Below are positions 43,789 to 52,916 of a DNA stretch of 64,000 nucleotides, piece after piece. The notes under the pieces were generated by a model that had not been told where the DNA came from, did not search any database, and saw nothing but the letters and a program-made list of their open reading frames with translations. How positions within the stretch are numbered: position 1 is the stretch's first letter; each line of letters begins with the position of its first letter. The DNA comes from an uncultured bacterium (lineage in GTDB: Bacteria > Planctomycetota > JAJSAM01 > JAJVHW01): contig CALKVK010000011.1 of the NCBI GenBank assembly GCA_937996235.1, positions 49,767 through 113,766 of the forward strand. The letters are read 5' to 3'. The translations under genes and the position numbers were made by a program.

Positions 43789-45984
43789 ATGCACGACGCC
43801 GCACCGCCCCCCGCCGCCCTCGACGAGCTGCTCGCCCACCGCGCGTTCCTGCGCTCGCTCGCGCGCGCCCTGACGCGCGACGTCCACGAGGCCGACGACC
43901 TCGAGCAGGACACGTGGGAGCGCGCGCTGCGTGCGACGCCCGCCGCGACGCACAGTCCACGCGGCTGGCTCGCGACGGTGCTGCGCAACCGGCGCGTGGA
44001 CACCGTGCGCGCGGACGTGCGCCGCGGCGCGCGCGAGGAGCACGTGCGGAGCGCCGCGACGGCGCCGTCGGCCGCCGAGGTCGCCGCGCGCGCGGAGCTG
44101 CAGCGGCACGTCCTCGCGACCGTGCTCGCACTCGAGCCGCACCACCGCGACGTCGTGCTCCTGCGCTTCTTCGAGGGGCTCGAGCCGGCCGAGATCGCGC
44201 CGCGCCTCGGACTCGAGCCGGGCACGGTGCGGACGCGCCTGCACCGCGCGCTCGCGCAGCTCCGCGGCCGACTCGACGCCGCAGAGGAGCCGCGCCACCG
44301 GGCGTGGCGTGCGGCGCTCGTGCCGCTCGCGGCCGCACGGCCCGGCGACGCACCCGACGACGCGCCGCGGCGACGGAGCGTCCGCCGCGCGACGGCGGCG
44401 CTCTGCATCGGAGCGCTCGTGGTGGCTGCGGCGTTCGTCGTGCGTGCCCTCGTGACGGCCCCCGCGCCTGCACCCGCGGGCGCGCCGCCCGCGCCCCGCG
44501 ACGTGCGCCCGGACACGCCGCCGGTCGCGGACGACGGCGACGCGACCGGGCCGCGGCGCCGCGTCCACGTCGATGCGACCGCTCCCGGACCGGAGGAGAC
44601 CCCGGAGCCCGCGACGGCGCCGGCGTCTCCCGCGACCATGCCGGCGCTGGCGGTCACCGTCCGCGACGCCGATGGCGGCGTGGTGTCGGGCGCGCAGTTC
44701 CAGCTGCTCGACGCCGACTCGTTCGCGAAGACGGGCTTCGCCGCCGTGCTGGCCGAGGGGCCCTGCGACGCAGACGGTCGCGTCGCGTTCGAACGCGTGC
44801 TCGCAGCGGAGTTCCGCGTGATCGTGCGCGCGGACACGCGCGCGGCGCTCACGCCGGTGCTCGACCGCGACACGGCGCCGGCGGCCGTCACACTGACTCT
44901 CGAGGCCGCCGCGGCGCTCCGCGGAACGCTGGTCGCGACGTCGGGCGAGCCGGTCGCCGGCGCGCGGCTCGAGCTGATGCTCACGGGCGACGTCTTCGGC
45001 CCGGGCGGCGTCGCCGCGACCGATGCGCAGGGACGCTTCGCGTTCGCGCCGCTCCCGCTCTCGGCGTTCGCCTCGCCCGCGAACCTCGCGCTCACGGCGC
45101 CCGGGTTCCCCGCGACCGACCGGCAGGTGGCGCGCGACGAGCTGCTCGGCGCCGGCATCCGCATCGAGCTCGAACACGCGCTGACGCTGCGCGGACGCTG
45201 TGTCGACGCCGCGGGCGCACCCGTCGCGGGCGTGGACGTGTCGTGCGCGGCGACGTCGCGGCCCGTCACGACGGGCGCCGACGGCACGTTCGTCCTCGAC
45301 GGCGTGCCGCCCGCCGCCGCGCGCGAGGGCCGTGCCGACGTGCTCCTCGAACCCGCGGCGCACGCGGCGCGCCGCATCCACGTCGATCCGACGCGCCTCG
45401 CGGGCGACGGCGATCTCGGCGACATCGTGCTCGCCCCGGGCGCGACGCTGCGCGGCCGTGTCGTCGACGAGTCCGGCGCCGCGGTCCCGGGCGCGCACGT
45501 GCACGTGACGTCCGACGAGCTGCGTCAGACGATCGCGAACGTCGGCACCGACGCGAGCGGCGTCTTCGAGATCGCGCACGTCGGTCCGGGCACGCACGAC
45601 GTCGAGGCCGTCGCGCCGTGCGACGAGCCGTTCGCGGGGACGAGCGGCGTCGCGCGCGGGGTGCGGGCGGGCGACGAGCTCGTCGTCACCGTCAGCGGAC
45701 GCGGCACGCTGCTCGTCGAGTTCGTCGAGGCGGACGGCACGACGCCGGCCGACGTGGTCGACGTCGTCGTCGTCCTCGAGCCGCTCGCGGACGACGGCGA
45801 CGAGGACGGCTGCGCCTTCAGCACCGAGGACGCGTTCCACGCCGTCCGGCTGCGACCGGCGGCACCCGGCGCGTACCGCGTCACGGTGCGCACCTTCGTG
45901 CGCCCGGACGTGGTGGAGCAGCGCGTCGAGATCGCCGCCGACCGCGAGACGCGTCTGCGCGTGACGCTGCCCTCGCCCGAGTGA
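43789..45984 (+). CDS. ECF sigma factor fused to a TM helix and a ~530-aa CarbopepD_reg-like extracytoplasmic region (paralogue 3)
   Basis: Sigma region 2 DDLEQDTWERAL, region 4 EPAEIAPRLGLEPGTVRTRLHRALAQLRGRL, TM AALCIGALVVAAAFVVRALV, then repeats such as GRVVDESGAAVPGAHVHVT. Single continuous ORF. Confidence 0.7.
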   Translation: MHDAAPPPAALDELLAHRAFLRSLARALTRDVHEADDLEQDTWERALRATPAATHSPRGWLATVLRNRRVDTVRADVRRGAREEHVRSAATAPSAAEVAARAELQRHVLATVLALEPHHRDVVLLRFFEGLEPAEIAPRLGLEPGTVRTRLHRALAQLRGRLDAAEEPRHRAWRAALVPLAAARPGDAPDDAPRRRSVRRATAALCIGALVVAAAFVVRALVTAPAPAPAGAPPAPRDVRPDTPPVADDGDATGPRRRVHVDATAPGPEETPEPATAPASPATMPALAVTVRDADGGVVSGAQFQLLDADSFAKTGFAAVLAEGPCDADGRVAFERVLAAEFRVIVRADTRAALTPVLDRDTAPAAVTLTLEAAAALRGTLVATSGEPVAGARLELMLTGDVFGPGGVAATDAQGRFAFAPLPLSAFASPANLALTAPGFPATDRQVARDELLGAGIRIELEHALTLRGRCVDAAGAPVAGVDVSCAATSRPVTTGADGTFVLDGVPPAAAREGRADVLLEPAAHAARRIHVDPTRLAGDGDLGDIVLAPGATLRGRVVDESGAAVPGAHVHVTSDELRQTIANVGTDASGVFEIAHVGPGTHDVEAVAPCDEPFAGTSGVARGVRAGDELVVTVSGRGTLLVEFVEADGTTPADVVDVVVVLEPLADDGDEDGCAFSTEDAFHAVRLRPAAPGAYRVTVRTFVRPDVVEQRVEIAADRETRLRVTLPSPE

Positions 45985-46058
45985 CGCCGGCGCCCACGTG
46001 ACGCCGGTGCCCGGGTGACGGCGACGCGGGCGCGCGACCGACGCCGTACACTCCGCAC

Positions 46059-46403
46059 ATGACGCCCGCCCGCATCCTCTCCGTCGCGTGCGCGGCGGCC
46101 GCTCTCGTGGCGCTCGCGGCGGGCTGCGGCGCCGCGGGGCAGCAGGGCGTGCTGCTCTACCGCGCCCGCCTGCCCGACGGCACGGCGCCGTCGGAGGCGC
46201 AGCTCCGCAACACCGCGACGAAGCTCGACATCCGTCTCGGCGAGGCGGGCATCGAGCGCCGCGACGTGGCGGTGATCCCGCCGGACCGCGTCCGCGTGGT
46301 GCTGCCGGAGTCCATGGTCTCGCGCATCCCGGAGCTGCGCGCGGTCCTCGAGCGCGCGGAGGGCCTGCCCACGGTCCCGGAGCTCCTGCGGCAGGGCGAC
46401 TGA
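46059..46403 (+). CDS. Small lipoprotein (114 aa)
   Basis: MTPARILSVACAAAALVALAAGCGAAG, a lipobox LAAGC signal peptide. Confidence 0.5.
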   Translation: MTPARILSVACAAAALVALAAGCGAAGQQGVLLYRARLPDGTAPSEAQLRNTATKLDIRLGEAGIERRDVAVIPPDRVRVVLPESMVSRIPELRAVLERAEGLPTVPELLRQGD

Positions 46404-46494
46404 CGGGCGTGCGCCCCACTTGCCACGGCGGCACGCCCGCGTAGGTTCGGGACGGATCGCGGGTACGGCGGCGCGGGGACCGCCCGGAGGGCTC

Positions 46495-48162
46495 ATGCGT
46501 CTCGTCCTGACGGCGTTCGTCTGTCTGCTCGCCGCGGCGGGTCCGGCATTCGCGCACGGCGGGCAGTACCGCGGCGGCGGCGGACCGTCGTCGGGTCCGT
46601 CGGTGCCTCCCGGCCCCGCCGATCGCCCCGCGCCGACGACCACGTGGGAGACGTGGTGGTCCGCGAACAAGGAGTTCCACCTCCGCCTGCACGAGCGCAT
46701 GCGCGGCGAGGGCGAGGACGTCACTCCGACCGGCGAGCGCGCGCGCACCCGTGTCGTGCAGCGCGAGGCCGAGGACGCGGCCCGCCGCGAGGAGCTCCTG
46801 CCCGTCTTCCTCGACGCGCTCCACGACGACAGCTTCGAGGTGCGCACGGCCGCCGCGATCGCGCTCGGCAAGCTCGGCGCGCCGGAGGCGGTCGCCCCCC
46901 TGCGCGTCGCGCAGAAGGACGATCCGCACAACGACGTGCGCGACGCCGCGCTGCTCGCGACCGGCATGCTGCGGTCCGAGGCGAACCTCCCGTTCCTGCT
47001 GGAGGTGCTGCAGGACCCCGCGAACAACGCGCGGCACCGCGGCTTCGCCGCGTTCGGCATCGGCATGTACGGCGGCGACGACGCGGCGATGCTGCTCGTG
47101 CGCTTCCTGCAGGGCGGCGGCGCGCGCTACGTCGGCGGGCGCCGCGTCTCGCCGGTGCTGCTGGCGTCGGTCTACGTCGCGCTCGGCCTGACCGGCAGCG
47201 CGCAGGCGCTCGAGCCCTTGCGCGAAGCCGCCGCGGGCGACGACGACGAGCTGCGCGCCTACGCCATCCTGGCGCTCGGGCGGCTCGGCGACCGCGCGGT
47301 GCTGGAGGACGTCGTCGGCTACCTGAAGCTCGAGAAGGACGCGAACGTGCGCCGCTCGTCCGCGATCACGCTCGGGAAGCTCGCGCACTCCGACGACGCC
47401 GAGGCGGTGAGCGTGCTCTTCGCCGCCCTCGACGACCGCGAGCCGCTCACGCGGCACTTCGCGGCGGTCGCGCTCGGCGGCATCGCGGACGCGCCGCAGC
47501 GCGAGCGGCTGGCGCGCGAGATGGTGAAGGCGCCGACCGCGGAGCGGCCGTTCTACGCACTCGCCCTCGGCATCGCGAACGACGGCACGCACGCGCCGCT
47601 CATCCGCAAGCTGCTCGCGGCGGAGCGCGACGAGAACATCCGCGGCGGCTACTGCATCGCGCTCGGGCTGCTCGGCGACGTCACCGCGGTGCCGCTCCTC
47701 GAGCAGGCCGCCGCCGAGCGCGGGGAGATCTGGCTCCCCGGCTACGCCGCGCTCTCGCTCGGCATGGTGGGCAGCCGCAGCTCGGCCGCGCTCTTGCGCG
47801 AGCGGCTCGCGACGGCGAACGACCCGCGCCTGCGCATGAACATCGCCATCGCGCTCGGGCTCCTGCACGACGAGCGCGCGAAGATCTTCCTCACGCAGAC
47901 CGTGAGCTCGCGCGACGCAACCGTCTACGAGCGCGGCAGCGCGGCCATGTCGCTCGGCGTGCTGCGCCTGAACGAGGCGGTGCCGGACCTGCTCGCCGTC
48001 TACCGCGACACGAAGCAGCAGGAGATGGTGCGCGCGATGAGCGTCGTCGCCCTCGGCGTGCTCGCCGACCCGTCGCCGGTCGGGCAGCTCACGCGCTTCT
48101 CGATCGACAACAACTACGGGCTCGGCAACGACCCGCTGAACGAGGTGCTGTCGATCCTCTGA
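46495..48162 (+). CDS. Secreted HEAT-repeat protein (paralogue of 27431-29230)
   Basis: ATG 46495 preceded by GGAGGG. Signal peptide MRLVLTAFVCLLAAAGPAFAHGG. HEAT-like repeats (VRTAAAIALGKLGAPEAVAPL...). C-terminal NEVLSIL box shared with 27431-29230. Confidence 0.75.
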   Translation: MRLVLTAFVCLLAAAGPAFAHGGQYRGGGGPSSGPSVPPGPADRPAPTTTWETWWSANKEFHLRLHERMRGEGEDVTPTGERARTRVVQREAEDAARREELLPVFLDALHDDSFEVRTAAAIALGKLGAPEAVAPLRVAQKDDPHNDVRDAALLATGMLRSEANLPFLLEVLQDPANNARHRGFAAFGIGMYGGDDAAMLLVRFLQGGGARYVGGRRVSPVLLASVYVALGLTGSAQALEPLREAAAGDDDELRAYAILALGRLGDRAVLEDVVGYLKLEKDANVRRSSAITLGKLAHSDDAEAVSVLFAALDDREPLTRHFAAVALGGIADAPQRERLAREMVKAPTAERPFYALALGIANDGTHAPLIRKLLAAERDENIRGGYCIALGLLGDVTAVPLLEQAAAERGEIWLPGYAALSLGMVGSRSSAALLRERLATANDPRLRMNIAIALGLLHDERAKIFLTQTVSSRDATVYERGSAAMSLGVLRLNEAVPDLLAVYRDTKQQEMVRAMSVVALGVLADPSPVGQLTRFSIDNNYGLGNDPLNEVLSIL

Positions 48163-48174
48163 CGCCGCTCGTGG

Positions 48175-49647
48175 CTACTGGTACTCGAACGAGCCGACGG
48201 CCAGCGCGCCGGAGAGCGCGGTCTCGCGGTCGCGCACCGCGAACGTGACGTCGCCCGCCGCGTGCGGCGGCGTCACGAACGTGACGAACGTGGGCGTCAC
48301 GCCGACGACCGCGGCCCCGCTCGCGACGCCGTCGACGAGGACCTCGACGACGAACGCGCCGGTGCCGTCGCGCTCGGTGCGGAAGCCCGTGCCGGCGATC
48401 GAGACGGTCGTCCCGCCCGCGGCCGGACCGTAGAACGGGGTGATCGACGTGGGCTGCGGCGCGGGGACGAGCCGGAACGCGCCGTACGTGCCGCCGCGGC
48501 CGATGCGCGCCTTGACGGTCCCGTCGGCGGCGTCGGGGACGAGCGAGCCCGCGTCGAGCACCGTGAGCTGCCCGCTCGCGTCGCGCCGCACGACACGCAG
48601 AGACGACGTGTCCGCCCCGAAGAGCGTCGTGTCGTAGGGCACGAACACGTCGGAGAGCCGCCCGTACTGCAACGCCTCGGGACCGACGAACACCGGCGCG
48701 CCGGCGGGCAGCAGGCCCGAGAGCGGCGGCCCGTCGAACGCGGGCGCCGTGCCGAACTCGACCGCGGTGGCGCGCAGCACGGCGTCCGCGGCGAGCGCGA
48801 ACCGCGGCCCCGACTCCGCCGTGGCGCCGCCCGCCTGCTCCACGAAGACCGTCTCGGTGATGACGACGCCCGCGGGCGGCGCGGGGAGCACGGCGTCCGT
48901 CGCCCGCAGGCGGCGCCGGCGCACGCGCTCCGGGTCGACGCGCAGGCCGAGGTCGGCGGGTCCGTCGGCGTTCTCGACGGTGACCACGCGGAAGGAGTAG
49001 TCGCCGGTCTCGTCCACGCGCATCTTGACGACGGCCGCCTGCAGACTGCCGCCGGGCGGCGAGAACGTCTTCACCACGGTGGTGCCCCCGCCCGGCAACT
49101 CGCGCACGAGCTCCGCGATGTACGGCCGCGTCGCGGAGCCCTTCGTCGCCCGCGCCGAGAGGAACACGCCCGAACCCGCGACGGCCGAGAAGCGCACGTC
49201 GGTCGGCGCGGCCGAGAGCGGCACCGCCTTCTGCTTCCGGTGCGAGGCAGCCGTCCAGCGCGCGCTGAACGTGTAGTCGCCGACCGAGACGCCGTCGCCG
49301 CGCACCTCGAACGTGTAGAGACCGGTCGACTCCGCGACGAAGCCCGAGAGCCGCGCCGCGCCGTTCCGGAGCTTCACGGCGCTGCCGGTCCGGTCGTAGC
49401 CGATCGGATCGAGCACGCGCATCCGCAGGTCCGGCGGCCGCCGGCGGTCGGCGGTGGGCCGCGGGGACGCGACCGCGCGCAGGCGCGCGCCCGCCGGGAC
49501 ATCGAGGCGGTAGCGCTCGACCTCGCGCGGCGGCACGAGCGACGCCGTCACGCGGTCGCGGTTCCGGACCGTGACGGTCAGGTCGGCGAGGGCGACGGCC
49601 GCGGGCACGAGGGCGGCCAGCACGCAGAGGAGCACGGGGCGACGCAT
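48175..49647 (-). CDS. Secreted protein with C-terminal IPT/TIG-like domain
   Basis: Signal peptide MRRPVLLCVLAALVPAAVALA. C-terminal PTSITPFYGPAAGGTTVSIAGTGF...VTFVTPPHAAGDVTFAV is characteristic of IPT/TIG Ig-like domains. Confidence 0.5.
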   Translation of the reverse strand: MRRPVLLCVLAALVPAAVALADLTVTVRNRDRVTASLVPPREVERYRLDVPAGARLRAVASPRPTADRRRPPDLRMRVLDPIGYDRTGSAVKLRNGAARLSGFVAESTGLYTFEVRGDGVSVGDYTFSARWTAASHRKQKAVPLSAAPTDVRFSAVAGSGVFLSARATKGSATRPYIAELVRELPGGGTTVVKTFSPPGGSLQAAVVKMRVDETGDYSFRVVTVENADGPADLGLRVDPERVRRRRLRATDAVLPAPPAGVVITETVFVEQAGGATAESGPRFALAADAVLRATAVEFGTAPAFDGPPLSGLLPAGAPVFVGPEALQYGRLSDVFVPYDTTLFGADTSSLRVVRRDASGQLTVLDAGSLVPDAADGTVKARIGRGGTYGAFRLVPAPQPTSITPFYGPAAGGTTVSIAGTGFRTERDGTGAFVVEVLVDGVASGAAVVGVTPTFVTFVTPPHAAGDVTFAVRDRETALSGALAVGSFEYQ

Positions 49648-49764
49648 GGCGCCACACTAACGCGGCGTGCGCGTCGCGCGGCGCATGACCCTGGTCACAG
49701 CGGGCGCACGCCCGGCGGGGCATCTTCCGGGTGCGCGCCGCGCCGGCCGCGCAGGAGCTCCGCC

Positions 49765-50391
49765 ATGTCCGCCCCTCCCACATCGCCCTACGCCGCGCCC
49801 GCTGCGCGGCCGACGTCCGTCCTCGTCGCCGAGCACCGCGTGATCGAGCGCGTCCTCGGCGCCCTCGACCGCATGGCCGCACGCGCCCGCGACGAGGGCG
49901 CGCTCGACGTCGCCGACGCGCACGACGTCGTCCACTTCCTGCGCGAGTTCGCGGACCGCTGCCACCACGGCAAGGAGGAGGCGCGCCTCTTCCCCGCGAT
50001 GGAGTCGCGCGGCCTGCCGCACGACGCGGGCCCGACGGCCGTGATGCGCGCCGAGCACGAGGAAGGGCGCGCGTACGTCCGCGCGATGGCCGCGTCGATC
50101 ACCGGCCCCGCGCCGCACGTCGCGGGCTTCGCGCGCGCGGGCGCCGGCTTCGTGCACCTCCTGCGCGACCACATCGCGAAGGAGGACCAGGTGCTCTTCC
50201 CGATGGCCGACGGCATGCTCGACGACGCCGAGCAGGCGCGGCTCCTGCGCGCGTTCGCCGACGCCGACGAGAGCGACTTCGGCCACGACGTGCACGTGCG
50301 CTTCCACGCCGTGGCGGAGCGCCTCGGCACGAAGTACGGCGTGCCGGCCGTGAACCCGCTCGGCACCGTCACGCTGCGCTGCCACGGGTGA
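49765..50391 (+). CDS. Hemerythrin (HHE cation-binding) domain protein
   Basis: ATG 49765 preceded by AGGAG. H...HH..EE pattern (EHRVIERVL...HDVVHFLREFADRCHHGKEE...MRAEHEEGR...HIAKEDQVLFP). Confidence 0.7.
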   Translation: MSAPPTSPYAAPAARPTSVLVAEHRVIERVLGALDRMAARARDEGALDVADAHDVVHFLREFADRCHHGKEEARLFPAMESRGLPHDAGPTAVMRAEHEEGRAYVRAMAASITGPAPHVAGFARAGAGFVHLLRDHIAKEDQVLFPMADGMLDDAEQARLLRAFADADESDFGHDVHVRFHAVAERLGTKYGVPAVNPLGTVTLRCHG

Positions 50392-50411
50392 GCGCGGGAG
50401 CGCGTGACGCC

Positions 50412-51671
50412 ATGGATCCCGCGTCGCCTCCGCTGACGAACCCCGCGCGCCTCGCGCTCGATCTCTACTGCCTCGGCGCGCGCATCGACCCGTCGTGCCG
50501 GCTCGAGGAGCACGCGCGCGGCGTCTCGCGCACGCGCGCCGGTCTCGGCTCGGGCCTCGAGCTCTGCCTGCCGGGCCCGCGCAAGCGGCACTGGGTGAAC
50601 GTGCCCGTCACGGAGCCCTTCGCGCAGCGCTCGCCCTGGACGCTGCGGCTCGCCGGTCTCTCGTCCGACGGACCGCTCTATCGCCTCGTGGACGCCCGCA
50701 GCGGCGCCGTGTACCCGGTCGAGCTGCCGCCCGAGCCCGCGTGGTACGGGAAGAGCACGAGCGCCGGCACGCCGATGACGCACGTCGGTCTGCTCCAGGG
50801 CACGTACCTCGGCGTGTACGTGGGCGGGATCTGCGGCTTCTGGGCCGGCCGCGGCCAGGACGCGTGCGGCTTCTGCACGAGCGGTGTCAACGTCGGCACC
50901 GAGGAGCGCCTCGAGAAGACCGTGGACGACGTCGTCGAGACGGCGCTCGCCGCGAAGCGCGAGTCGGGCGTCACGTTCGTGCACCTGAACATGGGGTACG
51001 CGGGACCCGAGACGGTGCGCGGCGTCGAGCCGTACGTGAAGGCGCTGAAGGAGCGCGTGGGCGTGCTCGTCGGCGTGCAGGCGACGCCGGCGCGCGACCT
51101 CGCGCTCTACGACCGCCTGAAGGCGCTCGGCGTCGACCACCTGTCGTTCTGCTACGAGTTCCACGACGCCGAGGTGCTGGCGAAGTGGTGCCCCGGCAAG
51201 TCGCGTGCGCTCGGCCAGGAGGCGTACTTCCGCGCGCTCGAGCACTGCGCACGCCTGTTCGGGCGCGGCTCCTGCTCCGGCGAGATCATCGCCGGCGTCG
51301 AGCCGATCGAGACGACGCTGCGCGCCATCGACTGGATCGCGTCGGTCGGCGCCTTCCCCACGGTGTGCGTGTTCCGGCCGCTCGAGGGAGCGCGCATGCA
51401 CGACGTGCCGCCGCCCGACCCGGACGCGCTCGTGCCGGTGTTCCGCGCCGTGTGGGACGCGTGCCGGAGGCACCTCGTGCCCGTCGGCCTCGCGCCGAAC
51501 ATCGAGGTCTCGATCGTCCTCACGCCCGACGACACCGCGGATCTCCACGAGGACCCGACGACGACGGACCGCATGTGGCGCGCGGCGCTGGCCGTCGCGC
51601 GGCTCGCATCGCGGCCGCGCTTCGCCGCGCGCATGCGTCCCGCCGCGCCGCGTGAAGGCGACCCGGAGTGA
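50412..51671 (+). CDS. Radical-SAM-like protein with a non-canonical Cys cluster (CX10CX2C) and ~130-aa N-terminal extension
   Basis: GGICGFWAGRGQDACGFCTSG, followed by a GGE-like VTFVHLNMGYAGPE and a later SCSGEIIAGVEPIETT block resembling radical-SAM core motifs. Sits at the head of the benzoyl-CoA cluster. Confidence 0.4.
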   Translation: MDPASPPLTNPARLALDLYCLGARIDPSCRLEEHARGVSRTRAGLGSGLELCLPGPRKRHWVNVPVTEPFAQRSPWTLRLAGLSSDGPLYRLVDARSGAVYPVELPPEPAWYGKSTSAGTPMTHVGLLQGTYLGVYVGGICGFWAGRGQDACGFCTSGVNVGTEERLEKTVDDVVETALAAKRESGVTFVHLNMGYAGPETVRGVEPYVKALKERVGVLVGVQATPARDLALYDRLKALGVDHLSFCYEFHDAEVLAKWCPGKSRALGQEAYFRALEHCARLFGRGSCSGEIIAGVEPIETTLRAIDWIASVGAFPTVCVFRPLEGARMHDVPPPDPDALVPVFRAVWDACRRHLVPVGLAPNIEVSIVLTPDDTADLHEDPTTTDRMWRAALAVARLASRPRFAARMRPAAPREGDPE

Positions 51672-51790
51672 CGGACGTCACGGCGCCGGAACGCCCGATC
51701 TGAGACGCTGCGCGCGGTCGGACGGCGAACTGCGACCCGGATCACGTGCTTCGTCCCGCAGCGCCCGCCGCGACCGCGGAGGGCTCCGCG

Positions 51791-52894
51791 ATGTCGAACG
51801 CGCCCGCGCACCTGCGCGCCTTCGAGATGACCGCCCCGCGCGAGCCGCTCGCGCTCGTGACGCGCGACGTGCCGGAACTCCAGCCGGGCCAGGCGCTGGT
51901 GCGCGTCGCCGGCTGCGGCGTCTGCCACACGGACCTCGGCTTCTACTACGACGGCGTCCGCACGCGGCACGCGCTGCCGCTGACGCTCGGGCACGAGATC
52001 AGCGGCGTGGTCGAGGCGGTGCACGGCGCCGACGCGGCGCTCGTCGGCGCCGCCGTCGTGGTGCCGGCCGTGATGCCCTGCGGCGCGTGCGATCCGTGCC
52101 GCCGCGGCCGCGGCAACATCTGCACGCGGCAGGTCTTCCCGGGGAACGACCTGCACGGCGGCTTCGCGACGCACGTCGTCGTGCCGGCCGCGGGGCTGTG
52201 CCGCGTGCCCGGCTTCACGGGCGACGCCGACGCGCCCCTCGGCGCGAGCGGCGTCGCGCTGCGCGAGCTCTCGGTGCTCGCCGACGCGGTCTCGACGCCG
52301 TGGCAGGCCATCCGCAGGAGCGGGCTCGGCGCCGGCGACTTCGCGGTGTTCGTCGGCGCGGGCGGCGTCGGCGGCTTCGGCGTCCAGCTCGCGGCGGCGC
52401 TCGGCGCGACCGTCGCCGCGCTCGACGTGGACGACGCGCGTCTCGAGGCGCTGCGCGCCCACGGCGCGGCGATCACGCTGAACGTGCGCGGCACGGACCC
52501 GAAGGACGTGCGCAAGCAGCTCGGCGCCGCGGCTGCCGAGCGCGGCGCGCCGCGCACCGAGTGGCGCATCTTCGAGACGAGCGGCACGGCGCCGGGTCAG
52601 GCGCTCGCGTTCGCGCTGCTGAACCACGGCGCGTACCTCGGCGTCGTCGGCTTCACGCTCGCGACCGTCGAGGTGCGGCTCTCGAACCTGATGGCCTTCG
52701 ACGCGCGCGCCGAGGGCACGTGGGGCTGCCTGCCGGAGCTCTATCCCTCGGCGCTCGAGCTCGTCCTCGCGGGCAAGGTGCGGATCGCGCCGTTCGTGGA
52801 GCGCCACCCGCTCTCCACGATCGGCGACGTCTTCGAGGCGCTGCACGCAGGGCACATGCGCCGCCGCGCTGTACTCGTCCCGGACCTCGGCTGA
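51791..52894 (+). CDS. had: Zinc-dependent alcohol dehydrogenase family; candidate 6-hydroxycyclohex-1-ene-1-carbonyl-CoA dehydrogenase
   Basis: GCGVCHTDL, GHEISGVV, and Rossmann GAGGVGG. The functional call rests on its position next to oah, dch and bcrCBAD. Confidence 0.65.
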   Translation: MSNAPAHLRAFEMTAPREPLALVTRDVPELQPGQALVRVAGCGVCHTDLGFYYDGVRTRHALPLTLGHEISGVVEAVHGADAALVGAAVVVPAVMPCGACDPCRRGRGNICTRQVFPGNDLHGGFATHVVVPAAGLCRVPGFTGDADAPLGASGVALRELSVLADAVSTPWQAIRRSGLGAGDFAVFVGAGGVGGFGVQLAAALGATVAALDVDDARLEALRAHGAAITLNVRGTDPKDVRKQLGAAAAERGAPRTEWRIFETSGTAPGQALAFALLNHGAYLGVVGFTLATVEVRLSNLMAFDARAEGTWGCLPELYPSALELVLAGKVRIAPFVERHPLSTIGDVFEALHAGHMRRRAVLVPDLG

Positions 52895-52916
52895 ACGCAA
52901 CGCAGGAGACAGGACC

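Noticed and set aside
40591-47868. 2425-aa minus-strand ORF
   Set aside because: Arg/Ala/Gly-rich, no motifs, and antisense to several well-supported plus-strand genes (K+ channel, sigma fusion 3, lipoprotein, HEAT protein). This is a typical open antisense frame in >70% GC DNA.
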